Virus record (IMG/VR): IMGVR_UViG_3300021197_001243
Span: 1-64,000 of that record
DNA length: 64,000 nucleotides
Source of the DNA: a virus
Reading direction: 5' to 3' (one strand)
Numbering within the stretch: the first letter of the stretch is position 1; each line of letters starts with the position of its first letter. Shown here piece after piece: positions 28,201 to 38,242 of the stretch. The notes beneath the pieces are model-generated. The model worked only from the letters and a program-made list of their open reading frames with translations. It was not told the origin of the DNA and did not search any database. Made by a program: the position numbers and the translations under genes.

Positions 28201-31200
28201 AAGAATCATAAAACTTTTCTTTTACAAGTTTACCTCCACGCATTCTATATGCTGGGAAATACAATACAAGTTTATCTATATCAAAGTCAGATCCTGACTT
28301 AGTAACCATTTCAGATGGAATTACCACTGTAGGACCTGCAGTTCTAGGTAAAAATCCTTTCACTTTAATAGCTTCAATAGAGTGAATACCGTCTGTAGGT
28401 ATACGTATACCTATAAGTTCAAGTAGGTCAAGTTCTCCTACTTTAGTGTCTCCATCATATATACCATCTTTTTTAATTATCATATCCTTACCCACCATCT
28501 CTTTAAAGTGATGTGGTAGATATACTTGCATATATTTATCTCCTTCAGTGTAAGCTTCAAGCTCATCAAGTCTCACTCCAGGTATACCATCTATTTTTGA
28601 TGTTTCAAATCCTAGCGAAGACTGTTGTACATACATGTCCCCTTTAAATCTTTGACGGATAACTCTCTTACCCGCAAGACTCCATAGTACTCCTTCAAGC
28701 CTTCCTTTATTAGACACTGCATCAAAGTACACAGGTTTTTTCTCTTCATTACGCTCTTCAAGATAATCTAAAGACGCAAGGAGTTGTTTAGGCATTTGAC
28801 GTCTTAAACTCTCATTTTTAATAGCAGCTATAAACTTGCTGAAGTCATTGTTTATCACTTCATAGTTCATAGTATTATCCTCATTCCTACCTTTTTCTTT
28901 TATACCAAACTCATCTAAAAGTTTAGTGTAAGCTTGCTCTGTAAGGCTGTTAAGAACAGAATTATATCGTTCAATAGTAGGACTAAGAGCTTCAAATTCT
29001 GGACGAATAGCTCCGTTTTGAAATAAATCAGATAGTACTTGTACTCTTGCTTGTGTAGCAATCGGAGATGTACCTTTAAATTTAGAAGGCACTTCTAACT
29101 GTGTCCCCATAAATCTGTAGTCTATATTAACCACGTTAGAAGAATCTAAATTATTCTTTAACATGTCAGAGTTAAGTATAACTCCATCCTCCATAAGTTC
29201 TAACTGACTATCTTCTCCAGGTACACCAATCTTAAATGCAGATGGAAGTATAAGTCCCCCTAAAGTTTCTGAAGTAAGAAATTTGTACATATTTTCTATA
29301 CCTGTAAATGTCTTATTCCCCATTTTTCCTAAACCAGGATATATAGGTGCAGCAGACATTTTAAAGAAACCTGGTACTTGAGTATTTATATTGTCATTAG
29401 CGAGATATCCAAAATACTGGAATTTAAGAGGTGGGAATTTACCCATAACTTCATCAGTTATAGTATCTCCTCTATACATTACATTTTCATAGACTTTTTC
29501 TTGTGCAGGGCTCCAAGTATTTCCTCTTATAGCCATTTCTCTGTATGCAGGAAGAGTAAGTAAAAGTGTACCATCCGCTTTTTCAGCTGCTTTAGCATAA
29601 GCTGCAGCTACTTTTGGAGATAAAGAATCTATATACTCCTGTAAAAATGGAGTTATACGTGAAGGTTCTTTTACTACAACTAATTGTTCAAATCCATCTG
29701 CTACTTTTCCGTCAAATAGTGTAAATTCTGCATCTGTTTTATTGTTTTTTACTCTAGAGTTTTCAGAAGCGTTAAGCCATTCATTTAAGCCTTCATCTAC
29801 ATTAAATATGTCTTTTACACCTACAGCACCTTTTACTCTTTTAAATAAAGCTTTATAAAATGCTGGATCTCCAAAAAACATTTTGAACATCTCATTTTTA
29901 TAAATAGTCTGACGTACAACAACTGTTTCTACAAACTCTTGAAGTTTTTCTTTTGATACATTATCAGGGAGTGTTTCTCCAAATCTAGCTCTATTTAGCC
30001 CATATAATTGATAGCTGTCATCTTCATTCTTAGAAACCACTTTAAGTTTATCCATAAACTCTATAAGTTCTTCTACATCTTCTTTTAAAACTTTTTCAAT
30101 AGACTCAAAAAATGCATTGCTGTTAAGAGTTATAAATTCTTGTATATCATCTCTAGTGGCCTCTGCATTATTCATCATATTATTGAGGTGAGATGTCATG
30201 TCAGGATTAAGTTTTGACATAAGCTTTTTAAACATCCTCAACTTATTGATACGATCAGTGTAATCTTTTACATTAATTTGCTCTTCAGTCGCAGTGTTAG
30301 TAGCCACTATTTCATCTACTAAATATCCAAGTAGTGCATCTTTTGCTGACCGGATATCCTTAAATTCCTTTATAGGGAATCTTATAGAGAAATCTGTAGC
30401 TATATCTGCCGCTTTAAGTACAGGCATTACACCTTCCATTATAGACTCTATATAGCTTGTAAGATTATCTGTAGGGCGCAGCTTAGAAGTTTTTACTCCT
30501 ACTTGACCTGCACCCTCTATTGCAAGACCCTCACGTATCATTACATCCATTTTAACATTTGGATCGTCTCTAAGTGCTTTTAGAGTGAGGGAATTAAATG
30601 CATAAGGGTTTTTGTTAGGATTCTCTTTTGTAGGGAAATAATCTTTAAGCTCATCTATAGGGGTATTTGCTATAGTGCTCATTTCATTGTTCATAGAAAT
30701 GCTATAAACAAGTTTTCCTTCAGGATTTTGATGCTGGAACTCATACTCTATATTAGTAGTATCAAGTTCAAGCTTTGCAAGATGATTCATCCTTGTAACA
30801 CTAAGAGATTCACTCCTGTCAAATAGTGCTGTAAGAGATGTAGTACCTGCTATTATATCTCCAAATACAAAGTCAATACCATTATCTATAGCATTTCTAT
30901 ATGTAGTGTCCGTACCAGGTAACATCATTTCATTTCTAGAATCTATCTGTAAGATTCCTTCTAACTTTTCTCTATTAGAGAATACTATTCCTAAATGTTC
31001 AAGGGCATCAAGTTTGTACCCATAATCTCTTGAGTTTTCTACAGCATTAAGTACTCCTTTTATAGTAAGTTTTCTATTTCCAAATTTGGATTTTACATCT
31101 TTATCAAATACAATATTGCCTCTCTCATCAAATTGCACATGTTTAGATGTCCGTGTCTTACCTCGTAGCGATGCATTCCATCTTGCACGTATACCTCTAA

Positions 31201-34200
31201 GATTTCTTTCTAGGTTAGGGTCTATGTTATAAATTTTACCTGTCTCTTGCAGTATAGTATACTGTGTGTCATACATTGTTTTTGCAAACTGATTTCTAAA
31301 CGCTGTTTGCAATAATGCTTCTTGAAAAGACGTAGGCATTACATAAGGATCCTCCCCTAATCTCTCTAGTACATCTTTAGCCCAAGGATACTCTTCTTCA
31401 AGGTCTATTAATGTATCTAACTGGTCTTGAAAATTTAGTTTACCCTGCAGTTTTGTTTGTAGAGTTTTTAGTACAGATTTAAGCTCGTATGCACCTCTTA
31501 GTCCTGTTGAATTACGTTCTCCGGTTCTGTTAGGAATTGTTCCAAGTATAATTTTAATAACTCCTTTTGCAGTGTCTGTAGGAGACATTTCTAATTGATC
31601 TGCAATATCTTGGAACATTTTACTGCTTACTTCATCTTCATCTCTAGTATCTTCTAACTCTAAGTCAAGTCCTAGCTGTTTCATAAACTGCTGATGAATC
31701 ATAGTAGCATCATATCTGTTTTCTGTTCCCAGATCCCAAATTCTACCTTGTATTTCTTTTGAACCTAAAGCACTACTATAAAGAGCTTGATTAGCCTTAA
31801 GTACTTGATTATATGCAGCAGTACCTTCTTTCAACTCACTAAGTCTCTCTGCGTAATCGTCATACATTAATGCCCATGCATCTCTGTATGCTTGTGCTAA
31901 TGCTGAACTTTTTACAGGTGTCATATCTAGAAAATCTGCAAATTCTAAATTTACCTCTCTACCTTCTTCTACTTCGTAAGTTACATTTTGTATAGCCTCT
32001 GCTAAATATGAGGTAAGAGTGGAGTTAAGATCTGCAGTAAATACAGCACTTTGACCATTTAAAATCTGTGTAGCTGCCATCATAGGGCTACCTACATTCT
32101 TATTTTCAAGGTTTCTTTGTGCATTTTTAAACCCTCCTTCTTCAATCTTAGCAAAAAGCCCCTCTATACCTTTTATAGTGGGATCTATTTCAAAAGCTTT
32201 ATCAAGTTTAAATACAGTTCTAAACGTATCTCTGATAAAATCAAATAGTTTTTGGAAAATAGTTCTTTGCTCTGGAGTTACAGTGTCTTGTCCTATTACA
32301 TATTTACCTTTTGACAATACATATCTCCTGAACTCTTCTGCTAACCATTCTTCTGCCTCTTTATCTGTAAACTCTGAAAGGAGTTTTGATACAGGCTTAT
32401 AAGAACGATCTTGTTCTCCTTTAGCTAGCTCTTGGTATGGTACTGCTTTACCTTTTGTACGTCGTACAATATTGTAAAGTTTTTGTCTATCTCTTGGAGA
32501 CAACATGTGCAGAGATACATTATGAAATCCTTCATGGTATAGTGCTCCTCCTGGTGCAAGATCCGATACAAGTATTTTACCAAAATCTTTAAGTTGAGCA
32601 TATCCTTCTCCACTCATACCAGAAATCATTCCTAATACAGGAATAACCTCTGTAATAAGCATACCCTGTAATCTTGCAAGTTCTTCCCCAAATGTTTCCT
32701 GTATATACTTATCAGATGGTAATGTGTAAGAGCTTGCTAAGAATGGTAAATCTTCTTGATCAGTAGATGGACGCTTTGTAGTAGTTGGTGTTGTTGTAGT
32801 ATCTGGCTCAGTATCATCTTCTTTGTATTTCTCTTCAAAAACTTGCGATTGCTCTTTAGAAAGATCCCCATCCATATATCTATCTTGGATTCTTTCTTTT
32901 AAAGCTTGCGGTTCATCTGGATCTTCAAGTATCTCTATAAGCTCTTCTCCAGACATCCGGTTTATAGCCATATCTACATACTTTAAATCAGCTGGGGGCT
33001 CGTATGTAGGCTTTTCTTCAGGCTTTTTATTAGGATCAAGATCAGTTAGTTCAGTGATAGGTGCTCCAGTAGGAGAAAGTTCAGGAGACTCATTAGGATT
33101 TGTAGAAGGACGCGTTACTCCTGCTTTTTCTAAAGTTTCATTTACAGTATCTCTAATAACTCTACCTGTTCTTGTAGCTCTTTGTACAGCTTTACCTCTA
33201 AAACTCCTTACATATTTAAGAGATTTTCTTTGCTTTTTACTATTGTTGAACATTGCATACCCACCATGCCATCTTGGAGCATCGAGTATTTCAGAATCAG
33301 AATTTGAAGATATTGGAGTTGCTCTTGTTAATAATGGAGATTGTCCTTCATCTCTATCTTTTAAAAGATATTCATTATAATTCTTCCATGTTTTACTGTT
33401 ATCTTCATCTAGAGTAAGGTCATCGTTTAGAATTACCTGTAGGTATCCTTCCTTTTTACCATTTGTAATACTACTCTTACTTATATTGTGGTATTTAGTA
33501 GTTAAAAACTTTTTGAAAGAATTATATACTTCATCTTCTACACCGGCTTCAAAGTTTTCTAACCCAATTTCTTGACTTTGATCTCCGAATATAAATGTTC
33601 CTTTACGGTGAATTAATTGAAATCTAGGGTCATCTTTTTTAGACTTTTTACCCCGCATATAGATTATATCATCTAAAGCTTTTTTAAGAGATATCTTTTC
33701 ACCTTCAAATTCAAATTCAAATTCTTTTGCAGCTTCATATGCTTTTTCCCAACTTTTAGTCCCTTCTTGAGCATCATAACTTTCCTTACGTACAGTTATA
33801 AGTTTTTGAAGTAATCGGAGTACATTTTCTACTTCATTAGCTTCAAACTCTCTCCCTATCATAGGTATAGCTAGTTGACGTTTCTTGTCAAACGCCCATA
33901 CAAGACCTGATCTTGTACGCACAGGCATAGGTATATCTTTAAGAGTTATAGTTTCATCTATAGTTTTAGAGGTACCTATATATAACCCTACGTCAGAGTA
34001 TTGATTTTTACTATGTAGTTTCCCAGAATTTTGTGTGGCCTCATCTTCAAGGACTATTTTCCCATTAGATTTACCTGTAATATTATATAAGTATACTTCG
34101 TCAGATTCTAAAGTTTCTTTTCTCCAGGTTTCATGAGCTTCACTAATGTCATCTTTTTCAGACTGTTTTAAATCTTTATCACTTCTAAACCTTTCGTCTC

Positions 34201-37200
34201 CGTTAGCCCTCTTTAATTTAGAGGTCATAGCAGATGTAAATACAGGGTTATTTTCGTCGTCTGTTACAAATTTATGGACATTCTCATATCTTTTTTTCTT
34301 AGCGTTCCAGGCTTGGATTTTAACTGCTACAAGTTTTATATCATTCTCGTCAAAGAACATATCTTTTGTAAGCCCCAACTTTTGCAGGTCTTCAGGGATA
34401 TTATCTCTAGTTACTGCTGCAAGTGAATAGTTATAATAAGTTTTTCCTTTGCTTAGAGTAGGACCTACATCAGTAGTATGCAGCCAATTAAACCATCTTA
34501 ACTGAGATTCTGCTATAAGGAACTTTTCTTGCTCTTCGTCTGTTCTATCATCTTCATCTATAACTACAAGATTTCTATAAGTTTGAAGTGCACCGTCGTA
34601 CACATCTTTATTTTCATCAGTTACATGGCGACCAGTAGTTCTATTAAATCCTGGATACGATATATCCGACTTAGCTAATGGTGCAGTATCAAGCTCAAGA
34701 TTATAGGCATCTTCTACAGGGAATGTATAGTTTGCAGAAGGCCTGTTAGGATCCGCATCTGTACCTTTTTTGATTTTAGTATTCTGAATTAAGGTAAATG
34801 CAACTAAGTTTGTAGATGCATCCTGAAATTGTTTTAAAGTCTCTACAAAGGGTGCTATTCCATCTAAGGAATTTATATCTACAGGTAGTAATTCTTTTAA
34901 TCTATTTATACTCTGCTCTGTAAGAATAATTTCTGATGCAAGAAACTCTACATTATCTTGTTCTTCAAGAGTAAGTTTATTTTTCTTTTTAAAATTAGCT
35001 CTATGCTGATTTAAAAGATCTTCAAGTATACTTTTGTAGTCATTTAATTGTACAAGTTCATCTGTAATTTCTTGTATACTCTTTTCAATAATGCCTACTT
35101 GAGATTGCTTTTCTTCTTTTAGCTTAACCATATCTCTTAAAAATCTTAGAGTAAGATCGTTTGAAATGGATTTTTTAGAATCTATTTCTTTTAAGAGTCC
35201 TTCTGTTTTACCGTACATTTCAAGACTGTACGTATTAAGGTTAGGTTGATTTACTTCAAACTCATCTATAACAGATAAGATATTGTATAGATTATCTCTA
35301 TCTACATTAAGATCTTTTAAAAGGCTTTCTCCTATACGGATAGTTTCCTCTATGTCTGCTATCTTTTTATTTGCATCTTTTACTGTTAGGAATCTGCCAT
35401 TTTTTCCTCTGATACGCTTACCAGCTTCAAGTTTCTCTACATCTTGTACAAGATCTGCAAGAAGATCCTTTATTTCTTGTTTAAGATCAAGTATTCTTTT
35501 TTCAAGATTTACAACTTCACGTTCAGATGTTTTACGTGCTTCTTGAAGTTTATCTTTAAACTCTTGTACTTTTCTAGCGTCCTCTTCATCTTTTCTTTTA
35601 CGAGCTTTCTTTTCTTCCTCTGTAACCTCTGTATCAAGAGCATTTATTTTATCGATAATATTCTGCGTTACTTGTGGATTGTAATAAGGATCCATAAGCT
35701 TTTTATACATCTCCCCGGCAGACTGTCTCCTTGCTCTTAATTTTCTAAGATCTGCAAGTAATCCATATACCTCTTTTTCATTCTTCGCAAAACCTTCAGG
35801 ATCAGACTTTTTCCAAGGCTCTATAATTTTTTCATACTCCTCTTGTGATAGTATATTTTCATCACCTACCTCTTTAATTATAGCGTTTAGCTCTACTTTA
35901 GCATCGTATAAAGTACGAAGAGTTGCGGCTTGTGCTGGAGATCTATCTGTTATTTTTTCTAGTGCGTCAATAGTATTTAAAACAGTTACAAGTTGACCTC
36001 TAACGTCTGCCTCCCCTGTAAAAGCCGCTATATCTATTTGACGAATATTACCTTCTGCATCTTGGTACTCTATTACAGGCATTGTTTCAATATCAGTAAG
36101 ATCTTCAGTTGTAGTCTTACCTTCTTTGTCACTTATCCTGTATCCTGGAGCTTTTGCTAGTGTACCTCCTATAAGTGGAGCTAATTTTTCTATTATACTT
36201 CCCTCTCGCTCTTCTGTGTTATTCATTGTAGATAAAGCATGAATAAGCATTTTTCTATTAAAAGCTTTTGTACCAGGCCTATCGTATCCTACATATTTTT
36301 CTTGCTCTGTATATCTAAGATTAGAATCTACTTTATTTACATTTTCATAAACTTGTTTAGCTCTTTCTTTTACAGCATTTACTACATGAGATTTTCTTTT
36401 AGTAACTTCTTCACTTGTAAGATTTTCAGCTGTGTATCCTCCCCACTCTATAAACTCTTCTTCAGACATATTGAGAATCTCATCGGTTTGATTTTCAATA
36501 TCTTGATACTGACCTGTATGTATTTTAGCCATTACATAGTCAAAGAAGTTATCATACTCTAGATCTTTAGCTAAAGCCATGTCTCCAGCCTCCATAGCTT
36601 GATCCATAAGTTTACTTCTCTTGGCTACATTCATAAAAAATGCAGCATTAGTAGAAAGAGTTTTTAGAAGTCCTGGGTTCTCCTCTATAGCTTTGTCTAA
36701 ATAGTCAAGAGCCTCTCTTCTAACCTTTGTATTTTTATAAGCTTGTATTGCAGTAGTATTTACACCTGGAAGTCCTAAACTTCCCATTATAGCTCCAAGA
36801 ACTACCTCTGTAAGACCTTCATCTGTAAAATAAGACTCTGCTCCTGCCTCTTTAAATGAGCTTACACTAGCACCTACAAGCTCTCTAAGACTGTTATCAT
36901 CTCTTATCCCAGAAAGAAGTGCATAATCTGCAGCAGCTCTTTGCATTACACCCTGTCCACCTTCTTCTATTACACCTTCATAAAAACCTCTTCCTGCTAC
37001 ATATCCCACTCCTTTAGCAACATCTGTTGCTGTTTTACCTATTTTTCCCTCTACAAGTTTTCTTGCTCTAGTACCTACTCTTGCAATTCCATTATCTAAA
37101 GATTGTACTCCAGGTATATTACGAATAAGGTTGTGTTTACCTAGACCATAAAGTTTAGGGACCATAAGTATGTTACTCATACCTACTAAAGCTACGTTAC

Positions 37201-38221
37201 CTGCAAAGACACCATTAGATAAAGAAGTGGCTTCGTCTTCAATATCTTGCCTTTCTTTTACACTAAGAGCTTCAAATTTTTGCTCTTTAGTCATATTATA
37301 AGGGTCAAGACCTTTTTCTTGTAAAGCAGCAATTATAAGATTATCTTTTATTCTATCATATGCATGTCTAGATTCTACACCGGCTTCATACATAGCACCC
37401 GTACCAAGCTGTCTTACAAGTTTACCAGTATCTAAAAGTTGCTGTCTTGAAACAAACTGTGATGCTGCTTTTGCTACATCTGTGGTTTTCCTCCCTAATG
37501 TTGTAGCTTTAAATAACCTTGTACCTCTTGCTAAAAGAGATGCAGTTCCTGCTGCTTGTACTCCTGCAGCACCTCCAAGTGTAGCAGCTGTTAAAGCTGA
37601 TAATCCTAATTCTGTAATTACAGCTCCAGCTAAGAAACTCATACCGTTTAAGAATTTGTCAGACCAAAAGTTTGCTGTACCCATTTGATCCCACAAACCT
37701 TTTTCTCTTTCAAATTGAGTATAATGGTTAGGTAGGGTTTCATCCATAGCAGAGTTTAGATCATCTAAACCTCTTGCAAATTCATTATTGTAAAATGAGC
37801 TCCATTTTTCATCTCTAACACCTGAATATAGACCATATCCCAATCCAATAATACTACCTATAACATTAACTCCTGTTTTACCTGCAAATTTTACAGAGCC
37901 ATTAGCGTATTTATCAATATCAGTTTGAGTGGCACCTCTATAATCTGAAAGATCATCTAACTGCCCAGGTAAAGTAATGTTGTAATCTTGCTTATACTTT
38001 GCAAAATCTTCTGGTACATACTGCCCTACATTTTGTACTGGAGCAGGTGTAAACATACCTATAGCATCTGCCTCTTGTACAAGCATAGAGTTAAATGCTG
38101 TATCTTCAGGTAAATTAGAAGGATCATCTTCGTCTCCTAACTCTGCCGGTGCAGTTTCAAGAGGAGATGCTGCAAGTGCTGTGTCTTCAGGGAGGTTTAA
38201 TAGCTCGTCTTCTTCTTCCAT
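25247..38221 (-). CDS. giant virion RNA polymerase polyprotein (crAss-type two-barrel RNAP) with zincin and ART-like domains
   Basis: 4324 aa; RIPT...GSDFDIDKL catalytic DxDxD (~28270-28295); FGDPAFYK..KR; zincin HEGFH...LAEEF (~32325-32540); N-terminal Gly/Ala-rich hydrophobic helices; long coiled coil. Confidence 0.93.
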   Translation of the reverse strand: MEEEDELLNLPEDTALAASPLETAPAELGDEDDPSNLPEDTAFNSMLVQEADAIGMFTPAPVQNVGQYVPEDFAKYKQDYNITLPGQLDDLSDYRGATQTDIDKYANGSVKFAGKTGVNVIGSIIGLGYGLYSGVRDEKWSSFYNNEFARGLDDLNSAMDETLPNHYTQFEREKGLWDQMGTANFWSDKFLNGMSFLAGAVITELGLSALTAATLGGAAGVQAAGTASLLARGTRLFKATTLGRKTTDVAKAASQFVSRQQLLDTGKLVRQLGTGAMYEAGVESRHAYDRIKDNLIIAALQEKGLDPYNMTKEQKFEALSVKERQDIEDEATSLSNGVFAGNVALVGMSNILMVPKLYGLGKHNLIRNIPGVQSLDNGIARVGTRARKLVEGKIGKTATDVAKGVGYVAGRGFYEGVIEEGGQGVMQRAAADYALLSGIRDDNSLRELVGASVSSFKEAGAESYFTDEGLTEVVLGAIMGSLGLPGVNTTAIQAYKNTKVRREALDYLDKAIEENPGLLKTLSTNAAFFMNVAKRSKLMDQAMEAGDMALAKDLEYDNFFDYVMAKIHTGQYQDIENQTDEILNMSEEEFIEWGGYTAENLTSEEVTKRKSHVVNAVKERAKQVYENVNKVDSNLRYTEQEKYVGYDRPGTKAFNRKMLIHALSTMNNTEEREGSIIEKLAPLIGGTLAKAPGYRISDKEGKTTTEDLTDIETMPVIEYQDAEGNIRQIDIAAFTGEADVRGQLVTVLNTIDALEKITDRSPAQAATLRTLYDAKVELNAIIKEVGDENILSQEEYEKIIEPWKKSDPEGFAKNEKEVYGLLADLRKLRARRQSAGEMYKKLMDPYYNPQVTQNIIDKINALDTEVTEEEKKARKRKDEEDARKVQEFKDKLQEARKTSEREVVNLEKRILDLKQEIKDLLADLVQDVEKLEAGKRIRGKNGRFLTVKDANKKIADIEETIRIGESLLKDLNVDRDNLYNILSVIDEFEVNQPNLNTYSLEMYGKTEGLLKEIDSKKSISNDLTLRFLRDMVKLKEEKQSQVGIIEKSIQEITDELVQLNDYKSILEDLLNQHRANFKKKNKLTLEEQDNVEFLASEIILTEQSINRLKELLPVDINSLDGIAPFVETLKQFQDASTNLVAFTLIQNTKIKKGTDADPNRPSANYTFPVEDAYNLELDTAPLAKSDISYPGFNRTTGRHVTDENKDVYDGALQTYRNLVVIDEDDRTDEEQEKFLIAESQLRWFNWLHTTDVGPTLSKGKTYYNYSLAAVTRDNIPEDLQKLGLTKDMFFDENDIKLVAVKIQAWNAKKKRYENVHKFVTDDENNPVFTSAMTSKLKRANGDERFRSDKDLKQSEKDDISEAHETWRKETLESDEVYLYNITGKSNGKIVLEDEATQNSGKLHSKNQYSDVGLYIGTSKTIDETITLKDIPMPVRTRSGLVWAFDKKRQLAIPMIGREFEANEVENVLRLLQKLITVRKESYDAQEGTKSWEKAYEAAKEFEFEFEGEKISLKKALDDIIYMRGKKSKKDDPRFQLIHRKGTFIFGDQSQEIGLENFEAGVEDEVYNSFKKFLTTKYHNISKSSITNGKKEGYLQVILNDDLTLDEDNSKTWKNYNEYLLKDRDEGQSPLLTRATPISSNSDSEILDAPRWHGGYAMFNNSKKQRKSLKYVRSFRGKAVQRATRTGRVIRDTVNETLEKAGVTRPSTNPNESPELSPTGAPITELTDLDPNKKPEEKPTYEPPADLKYVDMAINRMSGEELIEILEDPDEPQALKERIQDRYMDGDLSKEQSQVFEEKYKEDDTEPDTTTTPTTTKRPSTDQEDLPFLASSYTLPSDKYIQETFGEELARLQGMLITEVIPVLGMISGMSGEGYAQLKDFGKILVSDLAPGGALYHEGFHNVSLHMLSPRDRQKLYNIVRRTKGKAVPYQELAKGEQDRSYKPVSKLLSEFTDKEAEEWLAEEFRRYVLSKGKYVIGQDTVTPEQRTIFQKLFDFIRDTFRTVFKLDKAFEIDPTIKGIEGLFAKIEEGGFKNAQRNLENKNVGSPMMAATQILNGQSAVFTADLNSTLTSYLAEAIQNVTYEVEEGREVNLEFADFLDMTPVKSSALAQAYRDAWALMYDDYAERLSELKEGTAAYNQVLKANQALYSSALGSKEIQGRIWDLGTENRYDATMIHQQFMKQLGLDLELEDTRDEDEVSSKMFQDIADQLEMSPTDTAKGVIKIILGTIPNRTGERNSTGLRGAYELKSVLKTLQTKLQGKLNFQDQLDTLIDLEEEYPWAKDVLERLGEDPYVMPTSFQEALLQTAFRNQFAKTMYDTQYTILQETGKIYNIDPNLERNLRGIRARWNASLRGKTRTSKHVQFDERGNIVFDKDVKSKFGNRKLTIKGVLNAVENSRDYGYKLDALEHLGIVFSNREKLEGILQIDSRNEMMLPGTDTTYRNAIDNGIDFVFGDIIAGTTSLTALFDRSESLSVTRMNHLAKLELDTTNIEYEFQHQNPEGKLVYSISMNNEMSTIANTPIDELKDYFPTKENPNKNPYAFNSLTLKALRDDPNVKMDVMIREGLAIEGAGQVGVKTSKLRPTDNLTSYIESIMEGVMPVLKAADIATDFSIRFPIKEFKDIRSAKDALLGYLVDEIVATNTATEEQINVKDYTDRINKLRMFKKLMSKLNPDMTSHLNNMMNNAEATRDDIQEFITLNSNAFFESIEKVLKEDVEELIEFMDKLKVVSKNEDDSYQLYGLNRARFGETLPDNVSKEKLQEFVETVVVRQTIYKNEMFKMFFGDPAFYKALFKRVKGAVGVKDIFNVDEGLNEWLNASENSRVKNNKTDAEFTLFDGKVADGFEQLVVVKEPSRITPFLQEYIDSLSPKVAAAYAKAAEKADGTLLLTLPAYREMAIRGNTWSPAQEKVYENVMYRGDTITDEVMGKFPPLKFQYFGYLANDNINTQVPGFFKMSAAPIYPGLGKMGNKTFTGIENMYKFLTSETLGGLILPSAFKIGVPGEDSQLELMEDGVILNSDMLKNNLDSSNVVNIDYRFMGTQLEVPSKFKGTSPIATQARVQVLSDLFQNGAIRPEFEALSPTIERYNSVLNSLTEQAYTKLLDEFGIKEKGRNEDNTMNYEVINNDFSKFIAAIKNESLRRQMPKQLLASLDYLEERNEEKKPVYFDAVSNKGRLEGVLWSLAGKRVIRQRFKGDMYVQQSSLGFETSKIDGIPGVRLDELEAYTEGDKYMQVYLPHHFKEMVGKDMIIKKDGIYDGDTKVGELDLLELIGIRIPTDGIHSIEAIKVKGFLPRTAGPTVVIPSEMVTKSGSDFDIDKLVLYFPAYRMRGGKLVKEKFYDSLEEWYNAEQRILNRNMKALEEMEDIMDSVAERDQLVKMLTDSFVSKIFGEKTADELFKESAEDISNEQADKLAQYFDSNPKEIRKSYARIKKIIAKQEVFSKSFEEWQAENPKATKYNSQSKGAMQNAVMEDMITLLQINNEERYDTWLQPVHTNDLEAIALELNGGVDPNTNELVEGIYKGDKRLPDLATITDYHTDTSIPNLIEVAEAFNKGKVLVGIAALGSTHHIKGQIAGLTLDTDNELKLPTGAIKEIAINFTGFDPLAMEHSLGRVTNVEGTMRISDAISQFTNASVDVVNNPILHILNITPDNANMWMFLTRVGVDIRTQAMFANQPIVKDYLQMLEIGRSRTSKVMEESIYDEEISKDLRTLYATNFKTSPTESDTYLLSADMLKPMVAKDVEDMTEEEKYVQLQVLSDMFMYSKLGETLGNIVTAQAFDTKIPKSRNHLRVILDMYKSALSTGLFKNAEKITSINTTQPATEVTEGVSEVFESNPELAEIGTEEQYNAYLNTIFPESKVKDIVYHNTKEKFEEFDKTKLISDGFYFTSDKAAYAHVGEVKMAVVLNLKNPITDAPGLSETINKPGDTKRFSDLGNDGIIDTEGLGEIIAFEPDQIHILGSKQDIIGFEDFIAKKGTPDTFMRSLSMYNYDMQTIFNDLFLTEDQQAAFMVDFKRIQKIYTNPNIRGLSVDERAKILNKYENGFISFIMQNIPVYREDSNQEIDLGDNIESLMLGEDSMAMQIETIQNPKVKHPLKDNPFIQNLIPVISPVREGKDMTNDYLQPLNRTMTPFEMNSIYDGFREVEATYPDIARNIIKTALLQTGIETARNSFLNTIPGDSIMRLMEDPLDRYATGNAGMVFNGRIEDYFEYFLENNRNDRTIAVKNNTYSKKTHPITYQLTSKSKKAFKQAIAQGAARPKAEVVYFRNPVEGEEGVSVPIDVRGSTNLVNMTNTIFLDSNYTIANKNKAQSKPKKGKKDPLTCKK

Positions 38222-38242
38222 CTATGTACTTAATTATCTTTA

